The position numbers were made by a program, and so were the translations under genes. DNA of 64,000 bases from Albugo candida. Its lineage: Eukaryota. The notes beneath the pieces were generated by a model. The model made no database searches and was not told where the DNA came from. It saw only the letters and a program-made list of their open reading frames with translations. Positions 21,301 to 35,338 of this stretch are shown here, in pieces (the first letter of the stretch is position 1; each line of letters starts with the position of its first letter). Where the stretch lies: positions 62,001 to 126,000 of the forward strand of contig JBDOQK010000001.1 of assembly GCA_040437565.1 (NCBI GenBank). The letters run 5' to 3'.

Positions 21301-24300
21301 TCTATTGAGTCAATATTGTGAAATCTGCGGAACGATCATAAATAAGTCATTTCTTATTAATACTTATCTGTCGAGTTTCCAATCAGTATATTTATACTTA
21401 TAGCATCTCGTGCTATTTGCTCATCTTCTTTCCCTTAGCATTGTTGATTGAGATGTCATATCGAAATCAGAACCAAGCTCGGTTCATACCATCAGCGTTG
21501 GTCGTCTTAACCGTAATTTCCAGCAGATATGTACTACGAAGACAAAACTCAAAGACTCGCTATTTCTGGACGAAGGGAAACCATCCTTGTTTGAAATGAT
21601 ATTTTAGATAAAACCTATCGTTATTAAGCATACACGTTCATAAGAACGTGTGGTAGTTGTGCCACAACTCAATTACAAGAGCATCATACATTCCCAACAA
21701 CTGAATCGCATTTAGATTCTAACGAGCAAACCCATATATTACCTTGTTGGCGCGAAAATGTGAGGCAGTCAAATCCCTCTATTTGTAGATGTGCCAATTA
21801 TGATCACATTTGCGTCCGCACGAGGTGATCATTATCGCAAGAGGTATGACGAATAAAAAGTTCATGTCAAAGCTGATGCATTTTGCCCGAAGTACAACTA
21901 CAAGTGTACAACATACGGTGTGAAACAGCCAACGCATTTAGATCGCAAATCATTNNNNNNNNNNNNNNNNNNNNNNNNNNNNNNNNNNNNNNNNNNNNNN
22001 NNNNNNNNNNNNNNNNNNNNNNNNNNNNNNNNNNNNNNNNNNNNNNNNNNNNNNGTAGTTGTGCCACAACTCAATTACAAGAGCATCATACATTCCCAAC
22101 AACTGAATCGCATTTAGATTCTAACGAGCAAACCCATATATTACCTTGTTGGCGCGAAAATGTGAGGCAGTCAAATCCCTCTATTTGTAGATGTGCCAAT
22201 TATGATCACATTTGCGTCCGCACGAGGTGATCATTATCGCAAGAGGTATGACGAATAAAAAGTTCATGTCAAAGCTGATGCATTTTGCCCGAAGTACAAC
22301 TACAAGTGTACAACATACGGTGTGAAACAGCCAACGCATTTAGATCGCAAATCATTGCATTGAATGAGCAGATGCCACTATTAGTAAATAAATAGAAAAT
22401 TGGGCAAGACGAAAAGGAAATAGACAATTCGTATCCTTTCGGATATGTTGCACGATTTCGATGTCATTTCGACTTGCTGTGAAGCCTCGTAAATCCAATG
22501 CACCTGCTTTGTTGCCCCATCAGTATTGATGTGAAGAGAATTGAATAAATACATCGGTAGTTGGAAGACCTAGGGTACAAATGTGCTGTACACCGCAAAC
22601 GAATAGGCTGAAGACCTGTTTATAATGGTCAACACAAAAGTCGTACCGGGTTGTTCACGTTGACATGTTGTGGATTTTGGTATACCAAACCATATAACCC
22701 AAATTACCACGTCTCAGTCAAGACGGGATAAAGAATTTGATTCATGGGCTTGCGTATACTGCAACACATGCTCGGTAGCACTGTTGATACTAGCAGGACT
22801 TCTTTTTTGTTCTCAAGTACACCGCCAAAATTTGTACTTGAACAGTANNNNNNNNNNNNNNNNNNNNNNNNNNNNNNNNNNNNNNNNNNNNNNNNNNNNN
22901 NNNNNNNNNNNNNNNNNNNNNNNNNNNNNNNNNNNNNNNNNNNNNNNGTTGCACGATTTCGATGTCATTTCGACTTGCTGTGAAGCCTCGTAAATCCAAT
23001 GCACCTGCTTTGTTGCCCCATCAGTATTGATGTGAAGAGAATTGAATAAATACATCGGTAGTTGGAAGACCTAGGGTACAAATGTGCTGTACACCGCAAA
23101 CGAATAGGCTGAAGACCTGTTTATAATGGTCAACACAAAAGTCGTACCGGGTTGTTCACGTTGACATGTTGTGGATTTTGGTATACCAAACCATATAACC
23201 CAAATTACCACGTCTCAGTCAAGACGGGATAAAGAATTTGATTCATGGGCTTGCGTATACTGCAACACATGCTCGGTAGCACTGTTGATACTAGCAGGAC
23301 TTCTTTTTTGTTCTCAAGTACACCGCCAAAATTTGTACTTGAACAGTACCCTCGAGCTACGCAACCAAATCACACTAAGCATATTTGTTATCAGAATACC
23401 ATTTAAAGTTATGGTGGTCATTTACTGCACTTCGCAAGCGCACGGGATGTCCGTCTTGACTTCTACTGCACGTGATCATAGTGAATGTTACCAAGAATAA
23501 ACGGATCACTAATGCGCTACTTTGACGGCTTTTTATACGTTCTCTTTAGACTTCTCTGATAATATCTGCATAACAATTTTGGCAAAATAGAACCTACATG
23601 ACCATGAAAAGAACATTTTGACACCCCAGGAAAGATTATGTAGATCATTGGTATTATCGTACGATCGTACAATCCTTAGTCTTTTTACCACCACGCAATA
23701 CAAATGAGCGTAAGATTTGCAATTTATGCTGATTCACGATAATGTTGGAAAAATGGTGACCAGATCACAATAAATATGAGAGCCACAAAAAACTTGAAGT
23801 GGTCTCATTATTGTACGATTTATACTACAAGAAGTCCATGGCGGAGCAATTTCTATTGCTAATCAGCTATAAAATGTGTTTACGTGGGAGAACTTTTACC
23901 TAAATTGAAGTGTCTAAAGTTATCGCAAATGTGTAGAGTACCGAAAAGCGTAAATGACGATTGAGTTCCAAATCGCTCTGTAAGATCCTCGTGTCTTTTT
24001 TTAGGCTGGCCATAAAAGTATCGCTTCTGAGAAATATGATTACTCAGCTTCACTTGTATCAGCTTCTGCACAACTCTAATAAACGCTGAAAATCTCATGT
24101 ACTTATCCTAGACTTTTCTATCGGTGTTGATCACGAATTGCAATTTTTCCTTATTTTTAAACTTTTTCGCAATCTGAAGAAACAACAGTACCATTCGTAC
24201 TAGCGTGTGGACAACCACAAGGAGAACACATCGACTAGAAACAGTTTAATGTATTCTAAAAGTCAATACAGGAAAGCGGATTTGCCAAGTGAAATTCTTG

Positions 24301-26202
24301 GTATGATTTGAGACGTACTCGACATGCTCGTCCCAAAATTACTGGATGCACCAGCTTGAGCGGTTCGACAGCAAGCAATCGAATATGGTACTTTGTGTTA
24401 GTAGATGTATTGTTATGACTCAGGATAGAAGCCTACTATGCGTGATAATACTGAGTTTTTAAGGAATAGCTGCCGACGCATGTTTAGTGTGCATATGCAT
24501 AGTGTCCTGAAGCTGCGAAGATATGGGTATGCGAGATGAGAAGTATCAGTGGGGCGAAAAGGATCATAAGAATCCTGCATTACAATGGTTGTTATGTAAG
24601 GTGTAACTTTGCCTTCCGAGTTTTACCATCCATCGTGCATATTTGGATCGCTTGATAACAAACTGCCATTGCTGGGTTCTGATGGGATATGAATCCTTCT
24701 CAACTCCTTTGCTTAGGGAGTGTGTATGCTGGTAATTGCTGCGAAGCAGAGAACAAAAACAAGGTTTGCGTTCGTTGGGCTCGATTGAAGAGCTGACACG
24801 AGAGTAGAGATGTGTTGTTGCTGCTAAAGCTGCGGTAAACTGGAGATTAAAAGACTATCGAAGAGATTGCCAGGAAGCGATATGCATTAGGTTCACTTTT
24901 TTGCAGAAGGCGACTGCTAACTTCCCCAGAATGAAATTGTGCAAACATCGAATTCATGTCGACTGGCGTCAGCTGTACGTATCAATCCTTTCTGATGCGA
25001 GAAAGCTGAGCTGCCTGTGAAAGCCAGCATTTGCGATTCTTTAGATACAACAACATGATACGTAACGTTTTTTATTCTGCTCATATAGATTGCTTGCTTC
25101 GTCTTTGACGCAATTTCGTTGCCCGCTCTAACTCTGCCGTTTGCATTGTTGCGACCAAGTCAACAGGCAGCTTCTATATCTACTCATTCTCATTCAATTG
25201 TATCGTGACTGCACTGGGTACATCGGTGCAACATCACAAGCTTCAACTTGTGGTTTAGCGTCTAGAAGGCGTGCTTATAGATTGTCAAGCTTAATCAAAC
25301 TCGCTCTCGGAATCTATATGACGTCAGCATGACCAATGGAAAGGTCACGAGCTTTCTTGTTTTTTATCAAGAAATCTCATGGATTTCAGGTCAGCAGGGG
25401 TGGTGGTCGTATTTGACGGTAGTGGAACCAGTTCTAAGAGAGACTTTCACCCCGGTGGTGGCCAAGGAAGCGGTCGTCATTGCCATAAGCACGTTGCTTG
25501 CAAAGATAACAAAGTTTAGAGATGTATCAGTGCTGCAATAAAGTAGAGTTCCTGAATTTGATCAGTGGTAAAAGAGAGGAGCGTCTATGAAAACGAAAGC
25601 AAAACCTACGTGAACTACAACATACAAGAATCAATGCGAGAAAGGTGAAGAAACGAGCATCACATAGCAAAGACCGGCACAACGGTGCTCCGCTTCAAGA
25701 CTGCGATTGTTTCGATGCATGCGTGAGGGGAAGAGTTACCCGTAACTTTGTCAATGAATATCTCAACGCTCGTATCCTGACTCTGAACTAAACAAGTGCT
25801 GCTTCCTAAATCCGGAAGAAATCCAAAGTCATCGTCATCTCATATGTCTGGATGCAAGAGCTACTTTGCAAGGCCAGCAATTGCCGAATGGGAAGAGAAT
25901 CTTTTAACAGCGGATATGAACGTGTGGTTCCATGAGCGCAGTGCGGGATCAATGATTTTCCATAAATACAACAAGCTATGGAAACGATTGATGCCCGAAG
26001 CATCTCACTAGCACATCAGACTGTCAGTGGGGAGTCTTGATGTTGCATCGAAGCAAGACGCTTTATCACCAATTCGCGAAACAGAGATATCACGTCATAT
26101 TTGGGTGGTAAGGCGAGGTGAATGGTTTCGAGCTTGAAGATACCAATCAGTTTGTAAATAAACTTCTCATTACAAAAAAGAACAAAACGGTATCTTTCAG
26201 TG

Positions 26203-28480
26203 TCACTTTAGCTGCCAAAAGTCCTTGATTTCTGTGGTGTATGTCTGAATACCACGCTCAATATCTTCCTTGTGGCTATTGCTCGCGATCAAAGCATTGG
26301 TGAAGCCATGACGACTCCTCTCCACCAAGTTATCATACGATTCACACATGGCGCTAGAACTGTATCAAAGTGATATGAAGCAAGTTGAGGCAAAAGAGAT
26401 GAGCAATCGTACCGATTTTGAGCTTCTTCCAATAGCTGCCGAGACTGCAACTCTTCTGCGGAGAGGTCTGCTTCGTTCAGGATGCTAGCAATTCGCAGCT
26501 CGACGTCTTCTGTAGTCGCTGTATGCTGTTTGGAGATCGCTTCACATGTTTCTTTCTCTCGGCGTAACGTATCGTCAACTTTGCGTATCTTCATTTCCAT
26601 GCCTTGTACTCCTTGTAATTCAACACTTGCAACTTCGCCACTTTTTTGTGCTTCTTGTTCGAGTTGAGAAGCTTCATCGAGAGCGACGTTCAGCCTCTCG
26701 ATACGATTCTTTCTAAAGTTACTTAGCGCCGGTCGAATATGCTTCCGTAAATGATTGCTCAAGTAAACAGCTGCGTCCACTTTACCAACATGCATATCCA
26801 ACTCGAGCTCGTAATTGATTCCGTGTGCATTCTTAGCCATTGATGGCAGTAGCTTGAGCTGCATCGCAAGCTGGCCATACCGCTTTACTTGTGCTTCAAG
26901 CTAAAAGAGAAGGCATCGTATGTAAGGTCACTGTGATGATGCAAGTCGATAGTATCATGTACTTGATCCATTTCCTCCACAAGATCTGTTTCCAGTCGCC
27001 AGTTTTCGGACTGCAAGTCTCGTTGCCGCTGCTCAGTTTGCTGCACGAGCTCTTGTAATCGGAGCCGTTCTTGTACCATTCGTTGTACATCATCTGCAGA
27101 GATCTTTTGATTGCCGATTTTGACCCGGAGCGATTGTATTGCATTTTGCAGTGCTGCCAGCTCGTTCTCTAGAGAGCATTTAGTCGATACAAATTGTCAC
27201 ATTGTATCACGTTCTTACTCTTTGAATTGAGTTCGACTTCTCCGTCATGATTTTTTCGGATAGCACTCGATTTGTAATTATCCAGCTGCGCAACTAGTTT
27301 CTTGAATTTCTCCAAGTCGCTCGTGTAGTCTGCCTTCCTCACATTCAGGCTTGGAAGCGACGACTGCCAAATCAGAAGTTATATCACAGTGAATAGTACG
27401 AGGCAACTGTTATATAATCAGAACCTTGGCCGTTTTGGCTTGCTCTATGCTGTGTAGCAATTCGTCTTTACCGTTAGTGAGTTGTGCGTACTCATCTCGG
27501 ATGATCTGATTCTTTGAATCTTTAAAGCAGAACAATTCATCGATCAGATCAGAAGCGGATCAAGTCGATACAATTTCGTACCGATCTGATTTGCTAGTTC
27601 TTGCTCCAGCATTCGATATTTCTCGTCTTCCCCCGATAAAAATGCACGATACGCTTGATTCAGATACTCCAGAAAAGCTCTGTCTCCATTCTCTGCCTCC
27701 ATTTCCTCGATGCGATTCGCATCTTCCACGGTCTCATCGTACTAAACATATGTGGTCAATGAAGAAATCACTCACATTGAATGCATCATTTACGTTGAGC
27801 AGCTCGATAATCCATGTGATAGACGCTAAAAGCGGGGGCCATGAATGTGGTGCGACTGTGACCATCGACGTTTTCGTCATCGGAAATGGGTATCGCAAAA
27901 TCTTGAAAAACAATGCGATTTCCTCTTCTAGTTTTCCTTCAAAAGCGTAGTTGAGATCGATTTGGCGAAATAGAAACTGTAAGATATTGCAAGCTTCTTT
28001 TTTGGTCGGGCCCTTTAGTAATTTGGAGGATAATATCGCATCGTATTGTTTTGCACTCAAGAATTCCAATAAGCGATGAATGCTTGCGTTCACAAATCCT
28101 TTATCTGTGACAGGTCGAGGGTCTTGTCGTACACCATTACGCGTGGAGATGGAAGAAGCTCGATTTCCAGCGCTGAATGTGCTGCTGCGTCTGCCTCCTG
28201 CCGCTCCGGAAGATAAACGAGAAGACGAGGAAACAGAGCTACGAATATTCTTTGTCGATACACTGCTTCTACCGGCACGATTTCCAGGAATCGATGTGCT
28301 CGTGGTGGTAGATACGCGGCGCGACGGATTCGCTGTAGATGGCCCCACAGACTGACGCGCTTGTGACGATTTATAAATGTGATACTCGTCGTATGAGGCA
28401 CGTGAAGAAGCGGTAGGGACTACACTTGATCGAGCATTTAGTTGAGAGGAGCTGATAGGACCCAAAGTGGTACGACGCAT
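26203..28480 (-). CDS. NDC80: Kinetochore protein Ndc80/Hec1 (multi-exon)
   Basis: Basic Ser-rich tail starting MRRTTLG, then the CH domain DPRPVTDKGF...FLFRQID...LRYPF...APHSWPPLLASITWIIELL, followed by coiled-coil exons separated by short GT-AG introns. Confidence 0.9.
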
Positions 28481-29803
28481 TCTTTCCCAGTGCGTCAAGG
28501 CAGAAAAAAAGGTGGCCAAATTGGCGCGTAATTTTGAATTATCTTANNNNNNNNNNNNNNNNNNNNNNNNNNNNNNNNNNNNNNNNNNNNNNNNNNNNNN
28601 NNNNNNNNNNNNNNNNNNNNNNNNNNNNNNNNNNNNNNNNNNNNNNGAATTATCTTATATTCGTAATATTATCCAGTCGAATGGACAGTTTATAGTATAA
28701 TTAATATCGTATGCTTTGCTGCGAATTCTTTTACTGCAAGGAAATGTTGATGACGACCCGTTTGAGTTGAGCCGCTCCAAATGGAGCGTGTTTTTCATCG
28801 GGCGAGGGTGCTTGTGCGTTGATTTGTACGTGTGATCTGAAGAATTATACTGATTTGACCCGTCATTATGCGTGTACATAGTATGCACCTCAGCCTTCTT
28901 CGAGATACTGGCATGGCGTGTGCGCTAGCTCGTTCGTCTTTCAGAAATACATGGTCCCGTCTTGGCAACCGAGGAGGACTGGTGTTACATTACGCTCTTC
29001 GAACGATGTTAAGAATATGAAAGAGTAGAGATCTGACTACATTCCAATAACATCGAGCAGAGAAACAAATACTGAACAATCGTACATCCATAAGAAAATG
29101 CCTGGCTGACGAGGGATTATCGTGAGGCCAGGTAGTGATTTTATGATCTTTACAGTCATCCTGCTCGACAAAGTCGCTAGTGAGTAGCGTGTGAGGCTCG
29201 ACAGGCTGGATGGAGTTTCTTGGAAAAAGGAAGTCCATCGCTGTGATTCCTGAACGTTTTATAACGCAACGACAAGAGACGCAGGCATGATCATCTATAT
29301 AACGTACAGCTGAGTGCGTAATACGGATACAGCGTACAACCGCACTATGAGACACTCGCAAGACAGTCAATAGACACGAATGGAGATTGATAGTCACTTC
29401 TGATGTTCCCAATTTTAAAGAATGAGCACATCGCGCCTCGTCTTACAGGATTTGCTACAGGATCCACATCGGCCATTCCCTTAGAAGTCAGATACGATAA
29501 CACATTGCTCCTGCGCTCCTCGTTGTTTTTAGCCAAAAAAACAAAACTACCTATTTGTTGGAGTGCTATGAGACTCAGCTGTGTGATGTGATCAATTCTT
29601 CACAACCAATGATCAGATAAGTCTTTTCAGACTAGTGATGTTCCATCGCCAATATGGGTGCCATTTTTGACGTACTTCAAAGTCGCAATCATAAAATTTT
29701 AGCAAAATGGTCGAGTAAAGAACCAAACGACCAGGATCAAGAGTGCTCCCATTGATATTGACAACTAAAGCTTCTACAAGGTCCAGTAATTTCGGTTCAT
29801 AGT

Positions 29804-30238
29804 CTAAGAGGATCCAGGGTAAGCCCCGATCTGTGTGAAACATATGTACGTTTTGCCTGCGGAGTGGACAATCACTTGGAAGATGCATTGATGTGTGGAT
29901 ACATGACAAGCGACTTCGTGAGCGGAATGTCGAAGCAGAAGGCGGCGTGGAGAATTTGTTGATCGATGGGATCTGGTGGAAAGCCAATTGACGCGCAACA
30001 GTCTGGCTGCGGTATTGCAGATACTCCAATGAATTTGAAAGGCTTTTGCGTCCCAAATTGACTGAAGGTCGATCAATCCAAAAGGGTAGGCCTCTTTGTG
30101 AAATCGGAATTTGATAGTGCATTCTACGTCAAATTGATTGCCGTAGCTACGAATTGTGTGCATAGTATCCAGCCTTATAGTCGCTAAAAGTGAACACCTG
30201 GTATATAAAAAAATATACGAGAAAGCCATTATGGCCAT
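29804..30238 (-). CDS. Hypothetical protein (possibly secreted, or a decayed gene)
   Basis: ORF beginning MAIMAFSYIFLYTRCSLLA with a hydrophobic N-terminus. No recognisable domain. Confidence 0.2.
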   Translation of the reverse strand: MAIMAFSYIFLYTRCSLLATIRLDTMHTIRSYGNQFDVECTIKFRFHKEAYPFGLIDLQSIWDAKAFQIHWSICNTAARLLRVNWLSTRSHRSTNSPRRLLLRHSAHEVACHVSTHQCIFQVIVHSAGKTYICFTQIGAYPGSS

Positions 30239-33200
30239 AAAGGATCGCTTATTTGATAGCGTCTGCTTCCGTGATGGCGGCAACTTTCAGTATCGTTGGG
30301 CCTGAAAAAAATCGACATTGACATGCGCACACAACCATGAGGTATCATCGATGCGCGTCATTTTAGCGGCATGGTCGCCAGACTTTGTTTCAGAAAGCTA
30401 TTTCGAGATCCTAACACGTTAGCCGAGTCTATTTGAATCGCGGCTACGTCCAGAGGTCTTGGTGATAGAGCGAAAACATCATCTCCAATTTCTCGCAAAC
30501 GTATGCTTCCAGAACGCAAACAACGTTGTATCGGACCTTCAAAGCTGTGAAAGCAACAAACTTGCAAAGTTCCCTTTGGTTGATTCTCAGTGTATTGGCG
30601 CATATCGTCTGACGCGATGTGCTGTTAAGTCCAACGATATGCAGTTAATTGGCAACGCATTGCGATAATCCCCTCGATCACGACATACTTCAGCAATGTG
30701 CTCTAACCGCTTCTGTCCTCAGTGAAAGAAGCGTCCGCTTCATTCGTATTGGCAACATCTTGTCTCCAAGGGCAAAACAACGCAATAGCTTTTGTGCACC
30801 TGACAAGCCATTTTTACCCCAATTTGTGCGTAGAAAATTAATGCCACAGTTTGATCAGTTTTCATTTTTAAATCAAATTCTTTAAAAAAAATTATTTTTT
30901 TTTTCAGTATTATTTTTTTTATCTAGAAAAAAAAAATTTTATTTAATAATAAAAATCAAAATCAAAAATTTGTTTTTGAAAATATTCCATTTTTTTTTTT
31001 ACTTTATTTCATTTTAGTCTGTAGAGCCAAATGAGCAAGACAAGTGTTTAATTAGATACCAAACACGACTGTCAAGCCCTTCAAATCATCAGCTCGAGAT
31101 TCATTCCATCGACTGATGGAATTCCTTTAGCCTGATAGAAATCTTTTGCAATAGTTTTCCCATTGCATTCATAATTCCGTCCATCGCTTCATTACGCTAT
31201 TTGTGAGGATTGATACGTATCCAGGAATCCGAAGCATTCAATCACATTCGTGTCGAATCGATACAGTGCTTCATGTCGGAGAGTTATGCATCGAAGCTAG
31301 AAAAATGAACTGTCGCTTCTTGGTGCAAATTTGATTTCTAATCCGAAGAAAAGCTTGGCCAAATCCATTTATCTTGCGCAATTTTCTCTTGAGACCGGAA
31401 ATTGGTGGACGATGGTCGACTGGAGTCCGCTTTCGATACAAAACAGCTTGTTGAGTGAGCTTGACGGATCAAAGCAGGACATATTTCGTGGAAAGGGATC
31501 GTGTGTAATGCACGGTTGCGTCCATAAGCTTTCCATTCGTTTTCGTACCGCTTCATATCCATTCAAAGCGAATATTAAAATGAGATTCAAACTTCCCAAT
31601 ACATCGGACCACAAGGTCAATACATTCGATAGATTGTAAGGCCTCGCCCATGTATTCCAGAAGCCGTGATCAATAGTATTATCTCGGCATCCGCTGCGTC
31701 TAACTTGCTCTAACACTGACAAGTACCTTTTGAAAGACTTACGGGTGGGACCACCAGTATAGATGCAAGAATCTCAGTGCGCAGCTTTTTGTAACTCAAA
31801 TTCGATGAGCCAACCGAAAAAAGCCAAATTTGAAGTCGTATGAAACTGTAACATAAGTAATCGGCTCAGGCAAATGGCTTTTAGAAGTTTGACAATTCTG
31901 ACAGAAAAGCAGATGAGCGATGAATTTGTGTCGCTGTTGCAATTTGTTATTGTTGGAGATGTCGATCGCAACCAACGCGAACTGAATCAAGATGCTTTGC
32001 AAATTGTCTCTACCCGACTTCTTCATGCGCGACCAGTGAAACCGTCGGAACCAGTGCTGCTTTATCTCAAGCAAATCCAATTCCATTCGACATTCTACGT
32101 TTTCTTTCTTTGCCATAACGCGAGAAGCGTTTCACCATTGCAGCCGTTAGTACGGCCTGGGTTAGCCTCGCTGGATTTTGCCCCCCAAAATTGTGAGTGG
32201 AGCAGATATTTACTCGAGAAATATCGCCATAACTACGGATGAATTACTCAATAAAAACTTGAACCAGAGTATGCGTGCTCTTCGCTTACTTTGTAGCTGT
32301 CCTAGTATCCACCTCTTGGGTAAGTCTGATCTTGAAATTTTTTCACATCTTTGTAAACTCTTCATCACAGCACCGCAACGGGTTACCCTAAAAAGTAATT
32401 TGCGATACGCCGTCCTTCGCACTCCAAAGCCCTTCTTTGCTCTCGCTACTCCATACAATGCTTCCACTGAATGGATCACTTTTCTCTCAAATGTACAACC
32501 ACTGTACACGACACCGACTCGTCCTCTTCATTTACCACACATATCTTCATCCCAATGACTAAAAGTCCACCAGTCGGCGAAACCAACCAATATTGATGGG
32601 ACAATTACTCATTTCTCACCTTTTCTATCTCCAAAGGGACTTCCGTCCCTTCAATGGAAAACGGTCCCTTTGGAACCGCTCTCACTAATACCAGTGACGA
32701 CATCATTCGACAGTCCTATTTCGCATGCACTATTTCGTTATAAGTAAGACTGCAAGGTCCTGTGTAATATGTATCTGGCATCAACGAGATCGGAGGAAGT
32801 GATGTGCCCATCTGACGTTATGGAGTGATCTGGTGTATATGATGCTGAACGGAAGAGGGAGGGGATGTATGCTTTTCTTGAAACATTTCATATCAAACTG
32901 AGATGAGCGAATTCTGAAGGAATAGATCTCAGAAGCCAAAGGTGTTTCAGGCTGAGAAAAATGAGTGATACTTAAGAAATGATGGCCACAAATTCATAGA
33001 ATCAGTCCAGTAGATTGATACCGCATTGGCTATTTTACAATACAATTGTGTGTGTTTTGATGACAGACAGCTTAAATTTCAAGTACGAACCGATCATAGG
33101 GTAGACAACCGGCAATTGTTTATAATTGCTTGTTCGAAAGAATGGTATGCGATATCAGGCCAGATTATTGTCATCCTTAGAGACAAACAGCTAAATCGCG

Positions 33201-33310
33201 TCCCTTAGGCTTTAGGATATGCAAAGTATTTAATAAAAGACATCGCAGCTTTCAGAAGTAGTTTGGAAATCAGTTGTGTTTTCGCTTTTGCTACTCAGTG
33301 CTAGATCAAC

Positions 33311-34802
33311 TCAATTTTGATTACTTAGCAGTTGAAGAACCAGTTGTTCGAAGTACAGGGTATTTGATGACCCCTCCGCGTTGTTGACCTCATTGATTTC
33401 AGTTATAGTTTCGAGTTTGAAGCTTTTTTCTATCTCCAGATCTTCGGTTTTAGGATTTTCATTGGTAGCCATAACTTTGAACATATTAGTCAAACAACTC
33501 AAAGTACCATCGTTTGATGGTGAAACATTCTCCATAGCCCACAATGAGGATTCACTTGCTTTTATTAGCTTCGGATGGAACATCACTAAAGCGGCCACAA
33601 TGTTCCCGGCGCGTAATTGATGTTTTAGTTGCTGTAATGAACTTGTAGATTCCTCTCGGTCATCAACATACATAGCTGACATTTGGGCCACAAACTTCAT
33701 CGGGTGATCTTTGTTAAAATTATGTAAAGTTTGGTAGAGTTCTTTAAAATTATCTGTTGTGATGTCAGAATAATATGCGCTTTTATGATTTAGGCTCACC
33801 ATTTTAATCTTGCCTCGAAGCGATTCATGCGCAAGGATATCTTCNNNNNNNNNNNNNNNNNNNNNNNNNNNNNNNNNNNNNNNNNNNNNNNNNNNNNNNN
33901 NNNNNNNNNNNNNNNNNNNNNNNNNNNNNNNNNNNNNNNNNNNNTTCACTTGCTTTTATTAGCTTCGGATGGAACATCACTAAAGCGGCCACAATGTTCC
34001 CGGCGCGTAAATGATGTTTTAGTTGCTGTAATGAACTTGTAGATTCCTCTCGGTCATCAACATACATAGCTGACATGTCGGCCACAAACTTCATCGGGTG
34101 ATCTTTGTTAAAATTATGTAAAGTTTGGTAGAGTTCTTTAAAATTATCTGTTGTGATGTCAGAATAATATGCGCTTTTATGATTTAGGCTCACCATTTTA
34201 ATCTTGCCTCGAAGCGATTCATGCGCAAGGATATCTTCAACCGCTTGAACGTCCAGATATAAGTTGCGAGACATTTCAACATCTTCGTCTTTTAGATCAT
34301 GCCCAGCTGCCCAAACAATTTCCTTTATATTATTCGGCTTTCCTTTTTTTTTTGTAGCGCTAAATTTATTAATGGCATGTGCAAGGTCCGTGCCCGGTCC
34401 AATGACCAAAATTTTTATGTCGTTCGATCCGTTCAATAAATCTTCAATAGCTTTGCTGGCTTCCGTATCTTCGTACTTGTCTGTTTCGGTTCGAGGCATG
34501 AACAGGTGGTTTTTCGTTGCCTTGAATGTCATGCCTTTGTAAATTTTAACGCTTTGATGCCTCAAAACCTCTTTCAAAAAATCAAGCTTCACGTTATCTG
34601 GCATCGCAACAGCTATGTGAAGTTCGCCCCGACAACTTTTCTCGAACAATTCCGCCTTTGACATTAGCGCCATTGCAAACACACCATCTAGTCCCGCGTC
34701 TGTAACCACTAGGCATGTAGCCATCTGCTGACATTTGATGGAAGACATCAGACAGAGTGTCCATAGACACAGCAGCTGGAACCGGGGTTTGTAACGAGCC
34801 AT
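33311..34802 (-). CDS. Secreted inosine-uridine nucleoside hydrolase-like protein with degenerate catalytic motifs; interrupted by a gap with duplicated overlap
   Basis: Signal-peptide-like MARYKPRFQLLCLWTLCLMSSIKC. Family motifs appear in order: LVVTDAGLDGVFAM, ILVIGPGTDLAHAI, IKEIVWAAG, RNLYLDVQAV, IKMVSLN, GNIVAALVMFHPKL. Confidence 0.7.
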
Positions 34803-35338
34803 CGGAGCTTGTAGAGTTCGTGGCTGAGCGTAGGTAGCGTTCTTGACTGCAAAAGTAAAAGTGATAGCCACGGTATGAATTCAATCTCAGACCAGCCCGC
34901 ACCAGTGGATTATGCTCGCTTTGGCCACGTATTCAATTGCGATGAGAGCTGAGATATCGAATAGCACGACAGCTTCACACACAGTTCGAAGCGATGCTAA
35001 AGGTGCACTAGTGTGAACATAACGGGAACCCTGTAAATTTGTAATGTGTTTTGCAATCCGAATATACTCACAGTATTATTCATCACTTCTATATTTAATA
35101 ATTTCGCATATTCCCTTGCGATTTAACGTGATGGCAGATCAAGTAAATGCATAATAAGTCGTTTGTTGGACAATCGCAATCAAAACTCATATTGTCAGCA
35201 GAAAGGCGGATTAGCCGCCGTCGGGAATGCNNNNNNNNNNNNNNNNNNNNNNNNNNNNNNNNNNNNNNNNNNNNNNNNNNNNNNNNNNNNNNNNNNNNNN
35301 NNNNNNNNNNNNNNNNNNNNNNNNNNNNNNGACGATTT

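Noticed and set aside
21654..23348. Direct repeats of 300-400 bp (similar cases near 8.4-9.1, 13.8-14.1, 19.0-19.4 and 51.8-52.0 kb)
   Set aside because: Each pair straddles an N gap and is essentially identical, so these are scaffolding artefacts rather than LTRs or tandem repeats.
31331..32558. Several 100-126 aa ORFs on both strands
   Set aside because: They overlap, show no recognisable domain or consistent splice pattern, and cannot be supported as genes.
32631..32673. Short inverted repeat ccaaagggac...gtccctttgg
   Set aside because: The arms are only 10 bp and there is no supporting context.
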